Shown: positions 1-14,490 of the stretch, in pieces | How positions within the stretch are numbered: position 1 is the first letter of the stretch | Layout of the letters: each line of letters starts with the position of its first letter | Assembly (NCBI GenBank): GCA_013265495.1 | Contig: MU058584.1 | Location: 3,166,508 to 3,230,507, forward strand | Source: Vicugna vicugna | Lineage: Eukaryota | Direction of reading: 5' to 3' | DNA: 64,000 bases | Program-made: the position numbers and the translations under genes | The notes under the pieces: model-generated | Told to the model about the DNA's origin: nothing | The model's input: only the letters and a program-made list of their open reading frames with translations | Database searches by the model: none

Positions 1-94
1 AATTAGGTTTATTTTTTAACAGAGGTACTAGGGACTGAGTCCAGGACCTCGTGCATTCTAAGTACGCACTCTCCTGCTGAGCTGTACCCTCCCC
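1..94 (-). mobile_element. tRNA-derived SINE (Vic-1-like), tail cut by window edge
   Basis: Reverse complement matches the ggggagggtatagctcag...gaggtcctgggttcaatccccagtacctc family repeated across the window. Confidence 0.8.
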
Positions 95-754
95 ATAGCT
101 CACAGCTTTGAATCGTCTCGCAGCAGCATCACATTTGCTGTAGGACAAGCCCCTGCTGTCCCACAGGAGCCCTGGACTTGCATCAGCACCCGAGTGTGCC
201 TTCACGTGCGCCTGGGGCACTGCAGGGTGGATTTGAGCTGTTTACCTTGTTCTGCTGTGTTTTCAGGCTGTGTTGACTGCCTGCCTTTCAGGATCAACTT
301 CTTAGTTGTTGTTTTCCCCCACTTTTGTCCGCATCCACCCTCGAATTTGTCCCCAAGTCTGCACACCACCACTGTTGAGCTGCCTTTTTCTTTATTGAAG
401 TCTTTCCACTATCAATAAAAGAGGAGGGGACTGTGTGGCCTCCCCGAGGTTACACATGGTGTTTATAGAGAGTAAATTCTTAATCTTATTTGATATCTAT
501 TTTCTCATTCCCTTGTTTGTTCCTATTCCTGGGATCGTGGTGATAAACTCCAAGACAGTAGGGATTGAATCTATATGACTTGCTTTACTTTACCAGGCTT
601 AAGTAGGTGCTTGAAGCTGTTTTTTGTTTGAAAAGAAGAAAAAGAGAAGAAAGCAACTTGTCAGATATAATCTGTGTCTTAGCATCAGTAAAATGAACTA
701 GCGGTGGTTTATTGAATACACACATGCCAGTTAAGATAGAAGTCCCCTACTTAG

Positions 755-830
755 CCATTTTACAGATGAAGAAACTGAGGCTGAAGGATGTGAACCACTT
801 TGCTCAAGGTCACCCAGCCACATTCGATTT
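755..830 (-). mobile_element. MIR fragment
   Basis: ccattttacagatgaagaaactgaggct...aaggtcacccag, the MIR core. Confidence 0.7.
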
Positions 831-3800
831 CGAACACAGAAGATCACTGTAACACAAGGCTGTTTTCTCTTCACCATGCTGTCTTGCCTCCAGGGAAATA
901 ATACCGATTTCATGAAACTGCTTTTAGATTTCAGTAAATTATGTTATCATTTTCAGTAAACTGATAATTACTAGGTAGCCCTTGGGAGATAGGTGTTCTG
1001 ATGGGAGACCCTCATCATTTTTTATTCTGTAATGATTGCCACTTGAAAGTCCTTGCTTATTGAAAAGCAAGCCATAAGTCCTTTTATCAGCCTCAGTAGA
1101 GATACTTACTAAATACTTGACTGAAAACATTAAAGTCCCCTGGTAGGTGCTCTCATCAGTCTCTATTCACATGCGTAATCTCTTATCCTCTGTTTTCCTT
1201 TCCTTTTGAGTAGTCTCAGGTGATAGGACTCTCAGAAACTAATCTTGTCACCTGCTTGGGAAGGACCGTCTCTTTCTGCTACTTCACAAACACTCAGGAC
1301 GGGACAGCATCCACCTCGAAAAGCACCTGTCGGGGGGACCTACTGTGGAGCACAGGGGACCGTGTTAATTTCCTGTCATAATATATAATGGAAAAGAATC
1401 TGAAAAAAAAAGTGCATGTATATGTATAACTGAATCGCTTTGCTCTACCATGTTGGGCAGTAGTGTGGTGCCATCTCCACTGCTTGGGGAATGGTGAGTT
1501 GAGAAGCCTGGAGGCATGAGGTCCCTTGAAGTAAAGACCCCAGCCCCCCTGGAACCTTGAGGTTAGCATGTTTCAGAGAGCCTGGTTTCAGTCCCAACAC
1601 TTGGGAATACTTAATTTTAGAGAGAAACCATCAAAAGGGTATTCCAGACACCCCTTTGTTTCTAGAAGGAGCAGTTAGGGAATGGAGCTGCTGCTGTCTG
1701 ACACTTGTGTTGGCTTTTTTTTTTTCACTACCTTACTAGCACACTCCACTGGGTGCTGGCTACTGGCAGTGACTCTGCCTCCATGGACTTCACAGCCACC
1801 AGGTAGGGTCTGGTTTCAGCTCATGGGTCCCAGGTCATTGCCCAGTGGCCGTGAGAAGACAAGACACTTACATCCTTAAATGAAGAAATAATGCCACACG
1901 GAGGCACTCAGCAGTTGTTAGTCACCTTCTCTTTGCCTTGACACCTGGAAGGGAAGCTTGTCAGATTCATGGTTAAAAATAAAGAGTAAATAACCTGTCA
2001 TTGAGACTCTCCCTGGATAGAAAAAGCAGAGCTTTACTGAAATTGGGGACCTTTCTAGGCATTTGGCTATTTAGAGATAATTTTACTGTCTGGTTCTCAA
2101 CTACGCCCAGCTGGATCTGGAACTTAGGAAATGGGTAATTATGTGTGAGCCCATGGACCCCGAAAAAAGAAATGTCCAGCTATTAGGAAGTCCATTTAGA
2201 GGGCACTGTCTTCTCCTGTGCCTGGTGCCCAGCTGTGCTAGAGAATAGCTTTGCGGGTTGACCCTAGGAAGGATGCATGTGCGTGAGGGCTCGTCTCTGG
2301 GGACACACAGAAAACTAGTGTGGTTGAGTGGTCTGGAGGGAGGTGCACAGGTCGTATGTTGGAGAGCAAGCAGTTTCTGTGAGTGGCATGAAGACAAAAG
2401 CTTCAGGGACAGGTCTTTCTATGTCCTCAAGCCCCAGCCTTTGCTCAGTCGTACTGGTGTTCATTTTCACTTAAATCGTAGCATTACGGCAAAAATTGCT
2501 TTCTCTTATTTTGTAGACAGATCACAAGTGTGGGTTCGGTGACATTAGAAGCTAGGCCGGGAACCCAGGCCTCACTCACTTGTATGGAAAAATGTGTTCT
2601 GCTTTTACACAGCCAGCGAACTTTGGATGGCAACGTGTTTTTAAGTTGGGGACCGCTCATCGGGTATTTTGTAAAGAAGGAAACATTCTTTTTAAGCCAG
2701 AGCCTTCTGTGGGTTAAAGGGTAGTCATTGGAACCAGATGCTAATAAAGCATGCTCAAAATCAGTTTTGGACTGGCTCTTTGGGTGGTTGAGCCTGAATA
2801 ACCTCAAATAGGGTGTGTAGAAATGCAGATGTTGGTAGTGGAGTCGTTTAGAGCCTCCCAGCTGCTGGTTTGCAAGCTGGTTTGTTCTGGGATAAAGATT
2901 AGGGTCTGTGAAGTGTCTATAGAAAACGTATATGGTATATGAACTGCATTACATTTTTGTTAAATGTGGCAGTCCCCTTCCGTGTGTTTATAAAAAGTCA
3001 TTGTCACTTAACTTTCAGTAGTTCCTCCCTTGTTTTTCCATCAACAGTTAAGTGACCCCTCATATCAGGGTCCTGGATCTGCCACCTGTTTTTGTGCATT
3101 CTTTGGCTTTTGTAATGATCAGACTCGGTGCCAAATGAGAATGGGAAACCACAGAATTTTTTCCATCTCTGCCGGAACACTACCTGTCCTAGTGATAATG
3201 GGTTGTAAACCTTACCACGAGTGCACAGCTTTCCTGTTTAGCAGTCTTTTTAAAGTAAACAGACTGATTTTTTTTTTGAAATAGGAACAAATATCATTTT
3301 GCTATTTTTCTGGGTATCAGCATCTCGCACATGGGAGTTTGGGTTGGACCACTTTCTGCTTGAAACTGACCCCTTGGTATTTAAAAAATAATTAAACTGG
3401 TGTAAAGAAGAAGGAAAATGATTTCTAATTCCTTTTCCCAGACCTGACCATTGTTAAAACTATTATATTTCTTTCTGGACTTATACATATATATATATAT
3501 CCATGGAACTTATTTTGTTTTTGGGCAAAATTGAGAAAAACATAGTCTTTTAAAACTTAATATATGCTGAGCATTTTCCCATATTACCAAAAATTTTTGC
3601 AAACATGGCTTGATAATTGTGCTACATTTCATGTGCAGTGTACCAAGATTTAATTAACAAACCTCATCTCCCCATTGTTGACTAAGTAGGTTGTCCTTAC
3701 CTTTTTTGCAATGATGGACATCTTCATAAATTTTTTGTTCGTCTTTAATTATTTCCTTAGGATAAATTCCTAGAAGTCAAATGGTAGGTGAAAAGGATGA

Positions 3801-4721
3801 ACATTTTCCATACTCTTGCCAAACTGGGAACAAAATCCTCAGTGCTTGCTGTTGGCAGCGCTGTGAGTGGTTTCCCAGGACAGCTGGGTCTCTGATGCAA
3901 TGTGTTGCTGGGGTGGCAACGCAGTAAGGCATGGTCAGTGCCACAGTGAGAGCCGCAGTAGGAAAAACGGGGAAAACAGTTGTTCCTTGCATTCTTTGCT
4001 CTTGCATTTTTTGGGGGGGTGGGGTGAGGAGTTTCTTTTCAGAAACTCAGCCCTGTTTATATATTCCTTATGCTTTTCATGTAAAAATTGTCTCTAAAAA
4101 AAAACAAAAAAAACAAAAAGCCTCTCTTGCACACAAAAAAGCAAGCTACTGACTTTTTATTCTGTTTCAGTAGGAAGCTCTTCAAACAAAATGCCCACCA
4201 TGGGAAGACAGCAAAGGTGACCTAAAGGGAACACACCTCGATCATAGCCAAGGACCCTGTGAGGGAGCTTGGAATAGGGAGGGATGGTTAACTAGGATAA
4301 CCACGGCCGTGATAACTAATTACACAATGCTCATCTAATCAGATTGTACTTCTACCAGTGGTGGGAGGACTCAGGCCAGGATTCTTGCTTCTGCAAAGGT
4401 GTGAGACCAAGCCTGATGCTTCTCACCTACTTAGCAGGAAGATCTAATTCTCTTTCACTGACCTGGGTTTTGTTCACAGTTGTTGTGTGGCTGGAAACCA
4501 AGGATGGGCTGCAGAAAAACTGAGTGGTTGGCTAGTATGAGGAATAGGGGGAGGAAGAAAAGGAAGGGTAGAGAGCAAAGACACTTTCAGGGAGCAATCT
4601 TTGAGGTCTTCCTGGAAGAGGAAGTTAACTGGGAGATTAGAGTATATGCTGTGTTTTTAGCATATATCAGAAAGTAGGCACCTGTTAAGAGCTTGGCTTG
4701 AAGTTGGTAACTAATAATGCA

Positions 4722-4724
<3 letters not shown>

Positions 4725-4771
<47 letters not shown>
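4725..4771. repeat. (TA)n microsatellite
   Basis: About 23 perfect TA units. Confidence 0.95.
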
Positions 4772-4774
<3 letters not shown>

Positions 4775-5079
4775 GTTAAGTATTAATGAGGTTATTGGTT
4801 CTATAACTGAAAAAAGGGTTATGTGACAAAGTGTGTCTCCCTCCTACCCCAGTTGTGGTTTCAGGTGCTACTTTTTAGCTCTCTGAACCTGAGCCTGGAA
4901 GACATCTTGGTTTTAATCTTGGTTTTAGACTCTACCTGAGAAATGTGACTTTGGTTCAGGATACTTTTATTGAGGGCTTGGCGCTGGGATAGGAGTACAG
5001 AGATGAATGAGATAAGACCCTAGCCCGTGATTTATGCAGTTTAGTGATAAGACAATAATAGTATAAGCAGATGAGTTTT

Positions 5080-6360
5080 TGCTGTGGTTAAATATACATA
5101 ACTTAAAATTTACCAATTGAACTGTTTTAAAGTGTACGGCTCTGCAGCGTCAAGCACATGGATGTTGTCCTTCATCTGTTACCACCATTCATCTCCAGAA
5201 CTTTTTCATCTTCTCCAGAACTTTTTCATCTTCTCCAACTTAAAACTCTGTAGTGAATAAACAGTAATGTCTCATTCCCATGCCACCCCACCCCTTCCAG
5301 CCCCAGCCCCTGGAAACCACCATTCTGCTTTCTGTCTCTGCGAATTGGATTACTCTGGGTACCTTATATAGGTACATCAGAAATCATGCAGCATTTGTCC
5401 TTTTGTGATTGGCTTATTTCATTTGGCTTAATCCCTTGAGGATTATTTTAAGGCTCATCCATGTAGTAGCATGTGTCAGAATTTCCTTCCTTTTTAAGCA
5501 TGAATAGATATTCCATTGTATGGCTATATAGCACATATCGTTTATCCATTCATCCATCAATAGACACTGGGTTGCTTCCGCCTTTTGACTATTGTGAATA
5601 ATACTGCTTTGAGCATGAGTGTACAAATATCTATTCCCTGCTTTTCAGTTCTTTTGGGTCTATATCTGGGGGTGGAATTGCTGGATCCTATGGTAATTCT
5701 ATGTTTAGTTTTTTGAGGAATTGCCATACTGTTTTCCGCAGTGCTTGCACACATATCACAGTCCCACCAGCAGCGCACAGGGTTCCAGTTCCTCCACATC
5801 CTCCCCAACACTTGTTACTTTCTTCTCTTAATAGCTATCCTGATGGATGTGAAGAGGTATCTTCATTGTGGTTTTGGTTTGCATTTCCCTCATGATTAGT
5901 GATGTGGAGCATCTTTTCATATACTTACTGGCCATTCATATATTAGGAGAAATGTCTATTTACGTCTTGATCATTTTTTAATCAATTTTTGTTGTTGTAA
6001 GAGTTCTTTATGTATTCTGGGTACCAATCGCTTATCAGATATGTGGTTTGCAATTATTTCTTCCATTCCTTAGGCTGCTTTTTTACTCTGTTGATAGTGT
6101 CCTTTGATGCATACAAGGTTTTAATTTTGATGAAGTCATCTTATTTATTTTTTCTTTTCCTGCCTGTGCTTTTGGTATCATATCTGAGAGATCATGGCCA
6201 AATCCAGTGCCAGGATGCTTTCTTTCCTCTTGTGTTTTCTTCTGAGAGTTTTACGGTTTCAAATCTTATGTTTAGACCTTTGATCCATTTTGTATATTGT
6301 GTAGGGTAGGGTTCCAACTTCTTTTTTTTTTTTTTTTGCCTGTGAATGTTTAGCTTTCCT
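5080..6360 (-). mobile_element. Old L1 (L1M-type) 3' end and ORF2 C-terminal fragment
   Basis: Minus-strand peptides such as MDEWIN..., KRKEILTHATTWM and YTK-WIKGLNIR-ETVKL-EEN resemble degenerate L1 ORF2. Confidence 0.85.
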
Positions 6361-6746
6361 AATTTTAATATGTGAAATAAGATGCTTAGCTGCAACTCAA
6401 AGGAATTACTTAACCCCAGTCAGTGGTTCAAGATTGTCACTCTGTCATGGGGAGACAGCACACTACAGGAGGCTTCCCTGAGGGAACTTTCTGTGGTCCG
6501 TTTCCTAGGAATCTGCAGGAGCCATTTCAAGAAGAAGGGGGAAGGAGAAGGAGAGTATCAAGGTAAGATTAGAAACACATGGTGTTTAACGTACTTCTTA
6601 ACTTACTATCTTTAGTTAGGAGGCTTGTTTGGGCTGAAATTCCCCGTTTGTCTTTAATTTGTAGATATTGTTTGTGTTTGGTGAGGATGTACGTGCTTAC
6701 TTTAGCTATTTGTCATCATAGGGGAGAAACAGAATTTCACATTCTT

Positions 6747-6881
6747 TTTTGGGGAAGGGGTTGGGGGGAGGTATTTAGGTGTATATATTTATTTATTTTT
6801 AATGGAGGTACTGGGGATTGAACCCAGGACCTCGTGCATGCTAGGCATGCACTCTATCGCTGAGCTGTACCCACCGCTCCG
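6747..6881 (-). mobile_element. Vic-1-like SINE with perfect 15-bp TSD
   Basis: gaatttcacattctt at 6732-6746 and 6882-6896 flanks the SINE body. Confidence 0.9.
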
Positions 6882-8835
6882 GAATTTCACATTCTTAGCA
6901 GAATACCCTGTGTGAGGTGGGGAAACGCACCTCATGTTCAAAAGAAAGATAACTTTGCAGGTGGTGCTCGTCGGTGATCTACCCCAGACCCGCTGCTGAT
7001 TTCTGCTCTAGGAGTGGTGCCACGAGCCGATCCTTTAGCACGTGTGCAGCTGTGGGCTGCACCCAAGGGTTGAAAGCAGAGCGTGTGCCTCTTTCCAGAT
7101 GAATTCGAGAGGGACACAGCTGCAGGTCTCTCTGTAGCTCTTTGTATGAGCAAAGGAAGCTCCACACAACCCACTCCCTCAGATCTCATTTCCTCTCAGT
7201 TGTTTGCCCTCTGTGCTCCCTGGGTGTCTGGCCTGTGGGTTCAGGGTTCTGAGAGCTGCTGGCCTGGAGCCTTCCTGTGGTCCTCCCTTGATCTGGTCGG
7301 GATCTTGGGAATTGAAGGCAAAGAAAGGGCCACTGAGAAAAGAAAACTTGGGGGAATTTATCATAAACTTCTGCATGAAGAAGACCTTTTTAAGTATCAC
7401 ATCATAAAAAAAATGACAAAGTTCATCAATTTAACTACATAAATAAAAATGTTCCCCAGGCACAGGGAACTGTATTCAATATCTTGTAAATAACCTTTAA
7501 TAAAAAAATACGAAAACAGATATATGTATGTACATGTGTGAATGAAACATTATGTTGTACACCAGAAATTGATGCATTGTAACTGACTATATTTCAATTT
7601 AAAAAGTTAAAAAAAAAGTTCTTCAGGAAACATCACTTTTTTTTTTAAAGTGAGACAGTTAACTGGAAAGAATATTTGTGATAACAGGTGAGAAATAGTT
7701 TTCTTAATAGATATAAAGAGCTTTTCAATAAGAAAAGACCAATAACTCAACAGAGGAGTGAGGATACAATAGACTGGTTAGGGGAAAGGGAAAACAGAAG
7801 GCTTTTTGGCATATAAAAGCTGTTTATCCTTACTTAAAATAGAAAGGTAAATTAAGCAGGTAGCGTTCAGTTAGATATTAAGAGTATGAGGAAATGGGTG
7901 TATGTAAATCTTGATGGTGGGGGGCTGTCTGGGCTTATGTATGGAAATTTAAAAAATACAGATTCTTTGCCCTAGCAGATCCACTACTAGATATTTATCC
8001 AACAGGTATGTAAATGTACATATGCATATTCGTAGGGCTTGTTTTAGGAAAAGTCGGGCACGCTTAAAACGGGTGATAGCTTCGGTTCCTTCAAACAATG
8101 GCGGGGTTTGAAGCCCTGTGAAGAGGAGGTGGTCTTAACTGTACTGATGGGATAATCTTCAAACTATTACGCGTGAATGAAGGTACAGATAGGGTTGTGT
8201 GTTAGCGTTTGTCTGAAAAGTTTGTACACACTCGTGTTTTCATATGCAGCGACCACCTCTCCAAGGATGTACATGAAAACCGTAAACTGGCTGCCAAGAA
8301 GGAGTCAGAAAGGTGGTTGGAATGTGGGGTGGGAAGGAGATGGACTTTGCACTCTGTCCTGTTTTGTACCTTTTAGATTTGGTACCATGTTGTAGATACT
8401 GCCTCTTAAAAAGCTAACTGCCTTGAACACAAGGGTAATTGAGATTAGTAAGTAAATAGAAAAACCAAGGTAAGAACCACAAGAAAAATAAACCCAGAAT
8501 TTCAGCTCCAGTTGTACCAAGGTTTAACAACAGAGCTGGGACGAATTATGGAATTCAGAGCTCGAGAGACAACGTGGTTCTGTGTGGTTTCATAGATATG
8601 AAGAAAATAAAATGAATGGGCGTGAATCACGATGAAGTCTTCAATTGAGTTACGAAATGAAACGCCTCACAATGGACTGCTTCCCAGAAATATTTGTTGA
8701 TGTGAAAATTTAATGGCTTTTTGGGGGGGGGAATAATTTTTATAGAGCATTGGTTTTGTGTTAGCCTCTGTCTTATGGATAGTATCTCATTACCCCTTAG
8801 AGCCCATCCGTGGAATAGCCATCATCCCTCACTCT

Positions 8836-9000
8836 TTTTTTTAAAATATTTTATTTATTTACTATTGTATCATTTTATTTTATTTTACCTTGGTGGGGGG
8901 AGGTGATTAGTTTTTTGTTTTTAGACGAGGTACTGGGGATTGAACCCAGGACCTCCTGCATGCTAAGCATGTGCTCTACCACTTGAGCTATACCTTCCCC
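8836..9000 (-). mobile_element. Vic-1-like SINE
   Basis: gaggtactggggattgaacccaggacctcctgcatgctaagc...gagctatacc with a T-rich tail. Confidence 0.85.
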
Positions 9001-9423
9001 CATTCCTCACTCTTTACAACAAGGACAGTAATGGTCTGAGAGGTTGAGTTGCCTGACATATGACTGGTGCAGGTGGGTGTGGTTGAGTTGGGAATCAAGC
9101 CCCAGGTCCTGTGTGCCCAGCCTGATTCTAAAGGACCTATTTTTTTCGCCTTTGCGAACTTTGTGGTAAGTGTGCAGTTTTTGTTCATCTTGGCCTTTTT
9201 TTTAAAAAAAAATTTATCTTGCTCAGAAGTGTAGGGCATTTCTATCAAGACACAGAATGGTACTTTTTAACACATCTGCATCCTAATAATTGCTACTCAT
9301 TTTGAAGACCCTGAAGCACATGGCTGGGTCTAAAAGCAGCTTCTTGGTTACTAAGGAAACTGTAGATTTAACCCAGTGCTGAGTATAGTTTCTTTTAAGT
9401 GTAGCTGAAATCTTTAAAAAGTT

Positions 9424-9530
9424 GGTGGAGGGTGGTGGGAATAGCTCATGGGGCGTACGCTTAGCATGCACAAGGTCCTGGGTTCAATCCCCAGTACCTC
9501 CATTAACCGGAACCATCCCCCCCCAAAAAA
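9424..9530 (+). mobile_element. Vic-1-like SINE (degenerate)
   Basis: cttagcatgcacaaggtcctgggttcaatccccagtacctcc, flanked by aaaaagttggt and aaaaattggt. Confidence 0.75.
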
Positions 9531-9805
9531 ATTGGTTAGCGTGTATGACAATTATTAACCAGGATATTTGATGAAGTAGACACATCTATATGCCAGCTAG
9601 TAATAGTTTATAGATAGAGCAAACGGAAAGCAACAGGGAAAAGATTATAAAATGAAATGATACACATCTTTATGGCATAAGTCCTCTGAAAGAAGAAAAA
9701 CATTGTGTCCAGGAGGAGACAAAAATAGAAGTTGAATAACATGCTCATATTTTCTGTGATTAAAAAAAATGAGAGAAATTGAACTCGCCCCTTGAAAAAT
9801 GACGA

Positions 9806-10259
9806 GTGTATTTGTCTCCTAGGGCCGCAGTCACACATTATCACACACCTGGTGGCTTAAAACCGCGGAAGTTTATTCTCTTAGGTTTGCGGAGGCCAGA
9901 GTCCACATGGGAGGTGTTGGCAGCCTTGGTTCCTTCTGGAGGTTCTGAAGGAGGATCCATTCTCTCCTCGCTTCTGGTGGAGCTGCTGGGCTTAGGGATG
10001 CATGGCTCCAACCTCTGCCTTCATCTTCACGTGGCGCTCCTTCCTGTCTGTGTTTCCTCCCTTTCTGTTTCTTGCAAGGACACTTGTCACTGGGGTCAGA
10101 GCCCATCCAGTCCAAGGATGATCTCAATCTCGAGATCCTCACAACCTCAGTTACAATCTGCAAAGACCTTTGTTCCAAATAAGGCCACATTCTGAGGCCC
10201 CAGGGTTTGGGACATGGTCATATCTTTTTTTGGGTGGGGCCACAATTCAACCCACGACA
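9806..10259. mobile_element. MaLR (MLT1-type) solo LTR
   Basis: Begins tgtatttgtctcctagggcc...ggtggcttaaa...tttattctc and ends cacaattcaacccacgaca, which are typical MLT1 termini. Confidence 0.8.
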
Positions 10260-10464
10260 GTCTGTCTTGACCCCCCCCAAAATTAGTGTCTGTCCCATGT
10301 ACAAAATACATTCACTCTGATCAATTATTAATTAACAGTGGTTTGTGAGTAAAAAAAAAATTGAAAGGCGAGAGGTTGAACTTCTGATATTTAAAAAAAA
10401 AAAAACCAGTCGCAGAAGATGGATGGCCATTATTTTTTTTTTTAAGATGAACTCTTTTTTTTTT

Positions 10465-12200
10465 TTTTGAGGTAATTGTAGATTCACATACAGTTGTAAG
10501 AAATAATGCAGAGATTCTTTCGTACCTTTCCTCGGTATCCGCAATGGTAATACCTTACAGAACACAGCCAGGGTATTGATATTAATAAAGAAGATGCAGA
10601 ACATTTCCGTCACACAGGATGCCCTCCCTCGTGCGTTGTCCTTTATGAGCCACTCCTTGCCTCCTCCACGCCATCCCTCCTCATCCTTCATCCATGTCAG
10701 CCGCTGATCTGTTCTCCATTTCCCTAATTTTGTCATTTCTAGAATGTTATATATAAATGGAATCATACGGTCTGTGACTTTTCGGGATTGGCCCCTCTCC
10801 CCCCATTTTTCCCCTCCCCTTAGCATCATTCCCTGGAGATTCCCTGTGGGTCGTCATTCAGTCCTGTCAGTTGCCCAGTGGCGTTCCGTGGTGTGGTTGC
10901 AGTTTATTTTAAGCATTCACCCCCTGAAGGTCAACATCTGGGTGGTTTCCAGTTTTTGGCTCTTGTGAATAAAGCTTCTACGAAAACATATGTGTACATG
11001 TTTCTCTATGAACATGTTTTCATTTCTCTGGGATAAATGCCCAGGAAGGAATACAATTGCCAGATCATATGGTAGTCGCATGTTTAGCTTTTAAAGAAAG
11101 TGGCACATTGTTTCCTCAGGAGGTGAACCATTTACACTTTTACCAGCAGTGTATGAGCGATCGCTTTTCTCCCCGTTGTCACCAGCATTTGGTGTGTTCA
11201 CTATTTTTTTTTAAATAGCCCATCAGAATGTAACATTTATTTATGTATGTATCTATGTATTTTATTTATTTTGAAGTATAGTTGATTTACAATGTTGCAT
11301 TAATTTCTGGTATATAGCATAGTGATTCAGTTATACATGTGACTATATATACATATTCTTTTTCATATTCTTTTTCATTATAGGCTATTACAAGGTATTG
11401 GATATAGTTCCCTGTGTGTAGAACCTTGTTGTTTATTTGTTTTATAAATAGTAGTTTGTATCTGCTAATCCCAAACTCCTAATTTATTCCTCCCCTCTTT
11501 CCCCTTTGGTAACCATGTTTTCTATGTCTGTGAGTCTCTTTCTCTTTTGTAAATACATTCATGTGTGTCATGTACTGTGTTTTAATTTTTGCTGTTCTGG
11601 TAGGTATGCAGTGAAATGTCATCCTGGTTTTCATGTACATTTTCCTCCTGGGTAATGACACTGAACATCTTCTCACGTGCTGATTTGCCATCTGTGCACC
11701 CTCTTGGGCCAAGTGCTTCTTCGCATCTTTTGCTCATGTTCTAATAGGAGGGTTTGTTTCCACTGTTGAGTTTTGAGAATGTTTTTTGTGTATTACTACT
11801 AGTCCTTTGTTTGGCATGTACTTTGTGAGTATTTCCCCCTAGTCTGTAGCTTGTCCTTTCATCCTCTTTAGGAAGATTTTACAGAGCATGGTTTGCTTTT
11901 GATGAAATTTAGTTTATCCACTTTCCCTCTTATGGGTCATCCTTGTGTCATGTCTACGAACTCTTGGCCAAGCTCTAGATCCTAAAGACTTTTTTCTGTG
12001 TTTTTTCCTAATAAGTTTTATGTTTTACATGAGCCCGTGATCCGTTTTGTGTTAATTTGTATATAAGGTGTGAGGTTTTGGCCCAGGTTCTTCTTTCTGC
12101 CCATGGATGACCAGTTGCTCCAGCACCATTTCTGCAAAAGGCTGTCCTTTCTCCACTGAACTGCATTTGCACCTCCATCAAAGTTGCTGGACTTACTTGT
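10465..12200 (-). mobile_element. Old L1M fragment interrupted by a younger L1 3' end (about 11270-11570)
   Basis: ORF2-like peptides (QWRKDSLLQKWCWSNW, MANQHVRRCSVSL), plus an internal ttgaagtatagttgatttacaatgtt...ggtaacc L1 3'-UTR block. Confidence 0.8.
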
Positions 12201-14049
12201 GTGGGTCTGAAACAAAAGTCTGACCTGGGTCTACCGATAGTTGCTCCCTTTTTGCAAATTAGTGAATGAAAATCATTCTCTTCGAAGGGTGTGTGCTTTG
12301 ACTCCTCTTAATGCTGACAGTGGATTAGTCCAGATGATTCAGGATGACCTTCATTGCGGTAAAGTCACCATCCTTTATGGATAGAGTAACACATTTGGTA
12401 TAGCTTTGGGCAGTTCTTTTATTTGTTTACTGTTTGATTCCAGACGAGTTTGGGGGGCCAAGGAGGTGGTCGATGAAAAATGAACCCATCAAAATCCAGA
12501 AGGGACAACTTGAGGGAGCGGAGTCTGTTGATAGAGGATTTGCGCCCCTTTCTTCAGCTGCTGTAAGGAATGAACAAGAAGTTGGGTTTTTAAGGACAGT
12601 AAAGGAGACTTTCAAGAAGGAAAGGGAAGTGGGTGCTTGGCACATGCTTTCAGTCCCCCCTGCCAACCTCCCTGTGCTGTAGTTAGACACAGGTGCTGGA
12701 GGAGACTTAGAAAATTAAAAAAAAAAAACAAAAATAACAACTTTTCATAGCCAGGTAGTCTCACTTCTGGTTTCCCGTAATTTGGAGCAGGACTACTGGG
12801 AAGAAAGTGTTAACTCAAATACACTTTGTACAACAAAGCACTCTTGTGCTGTTAAATCCACATTAAATGTTTACCCGTGTGTGGCCTTCAGTTGGGAAAG
12901 ATTCAGCCGAGGCTCCAACTGGCACATTGTGCTCGCCTTTATCCATTCAGTTTTCTAAAAACAGGGTGGTGGGGCGGGAGTCAACTTTCTTTTTGTGCCT
13001 CTCTCCCAGAAGGACGTGGGCCAGGATTTCTGTAACAGGCATGTTCTTCTTGCTTAGTAAGCCAGACTGCAGCGAGAGGGTGGGTGGGTTTCGGCGCGCC
13101 TGCCATATCCAAAGATGTCATCTTTTCCTCGGTCCGGGGGCTCAGTTTGCTGGGTTTTACCATCTCAACGGGCCTCCTGTTCCTCATATAAAAGAGGAAG
13201 GATGGAGATCCAAGCTCACTCACGAGGCTTTAAGAATTGACCGTCCAGCTGGCCGCCTCATGATCCTACCTTGTGCAGAAGGCATCGTAAGGAACAAATT
13301 CATCAAAGCCTGCAGTAAGCCTGGATGCATTCAGTTTTGGGAGTGGTGGTGATGGTGATGCCTTTTTGTGTTTTTCCTGTGGGGAATAAAAGGACGTATC
13401 CACAAATTGCACATTCAGGCTCACAATTCACAAGAGGAGGCTGAAATCGATCATTGTTCTGTACTGAGTAATTGTAACGCAGTTGTGAGGCCCCATCAAC
13501 ACTTGAGTACATGCTCCGTCCCTAGACTTGCCTGATGTTTCGCCTGTGTTTGGTGGCAGCTCTTATCCAGGCTGTGGGTGAGACTAGAACTTGGCTTCAC
13601 GTGAGGAGTATGGGTACCCCTCCCTCTCCATTTTTGCTTAAGATGAGGTAGGAGAACTGCAGCAGTCATTTCAGACCAGGTTGCCTTCCTGATTCCCCCT
13701 CCATGTTCCCCGGTATCTTTTACATGGTGACGGTCATAGTGGTCCCCTCCGCCCCCTGTTTATATTCTTTCTTTTCTGCTCACATATTTGCTCCTATTTC
13801 TGTAACCCTCATTGATCTCTTTGTTACTTGGTAAGAGAGTAGGAATGTTGTTTTGATTCTTACTGTGTACTGCTTTCTAAAAGGGTTTCACCAGCTCATA
13901 ACATACCAGCCAGTAGGACTGCATCTGTTTTAACGTGGTGAGATTTTAAAGAGTTGGCTCTTTCTGCTCCTAAGCACCTGCGAAGGCTCACCTGTTTCCA
14001 GAGCATCCGTCCCAGAGCCCCTTAATGTGTAGAGATTCAGGTTTTTTTT

Positions 14050-14490
14050 TCATTGAAGTATAGTCGGTTTACAATGTGTTAATTTCTGATGTACAGCATA
14101 GTGATTCATTTATATACATATAAATGAATTATAGATAATAATAAATATATAAAATATATAATATGTATAAATATATAAATAAAAATAAATAGTAAATAAA
14201 TATATATATATTCCATTTCATATTCTTTGTCATTATAGGCCCTTACAAGATATTAAATATAGTTCCCTGAGCTATATAGTGGGACCTTGTTTTTTTTTTT
14301 CCCCATTATTTCTTTTGGAGGAGGAGGTAATTAGATTGATTGATTTGATTGCTTGAACCCAGGACCTCCTGCATGCCAAGCCCGTACTCTTACCACTCCC
14401 CCGGACCTTGTTGTTTATCTATTTTTTGTATAGTAGTTAGTATCTGTAAATCCCAAACTCCCACTTTATCCCCCTCTCCACCCATTACCC
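14050..14490 (-). mobile_element. L1 3'-UTR fragment with a nested SINE (about 14292-14402)
   Basis: The L1 tail is split by a SINE flanked by the TSD ggaccttgtt (14282 and 14403). Confidence 0.8.
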
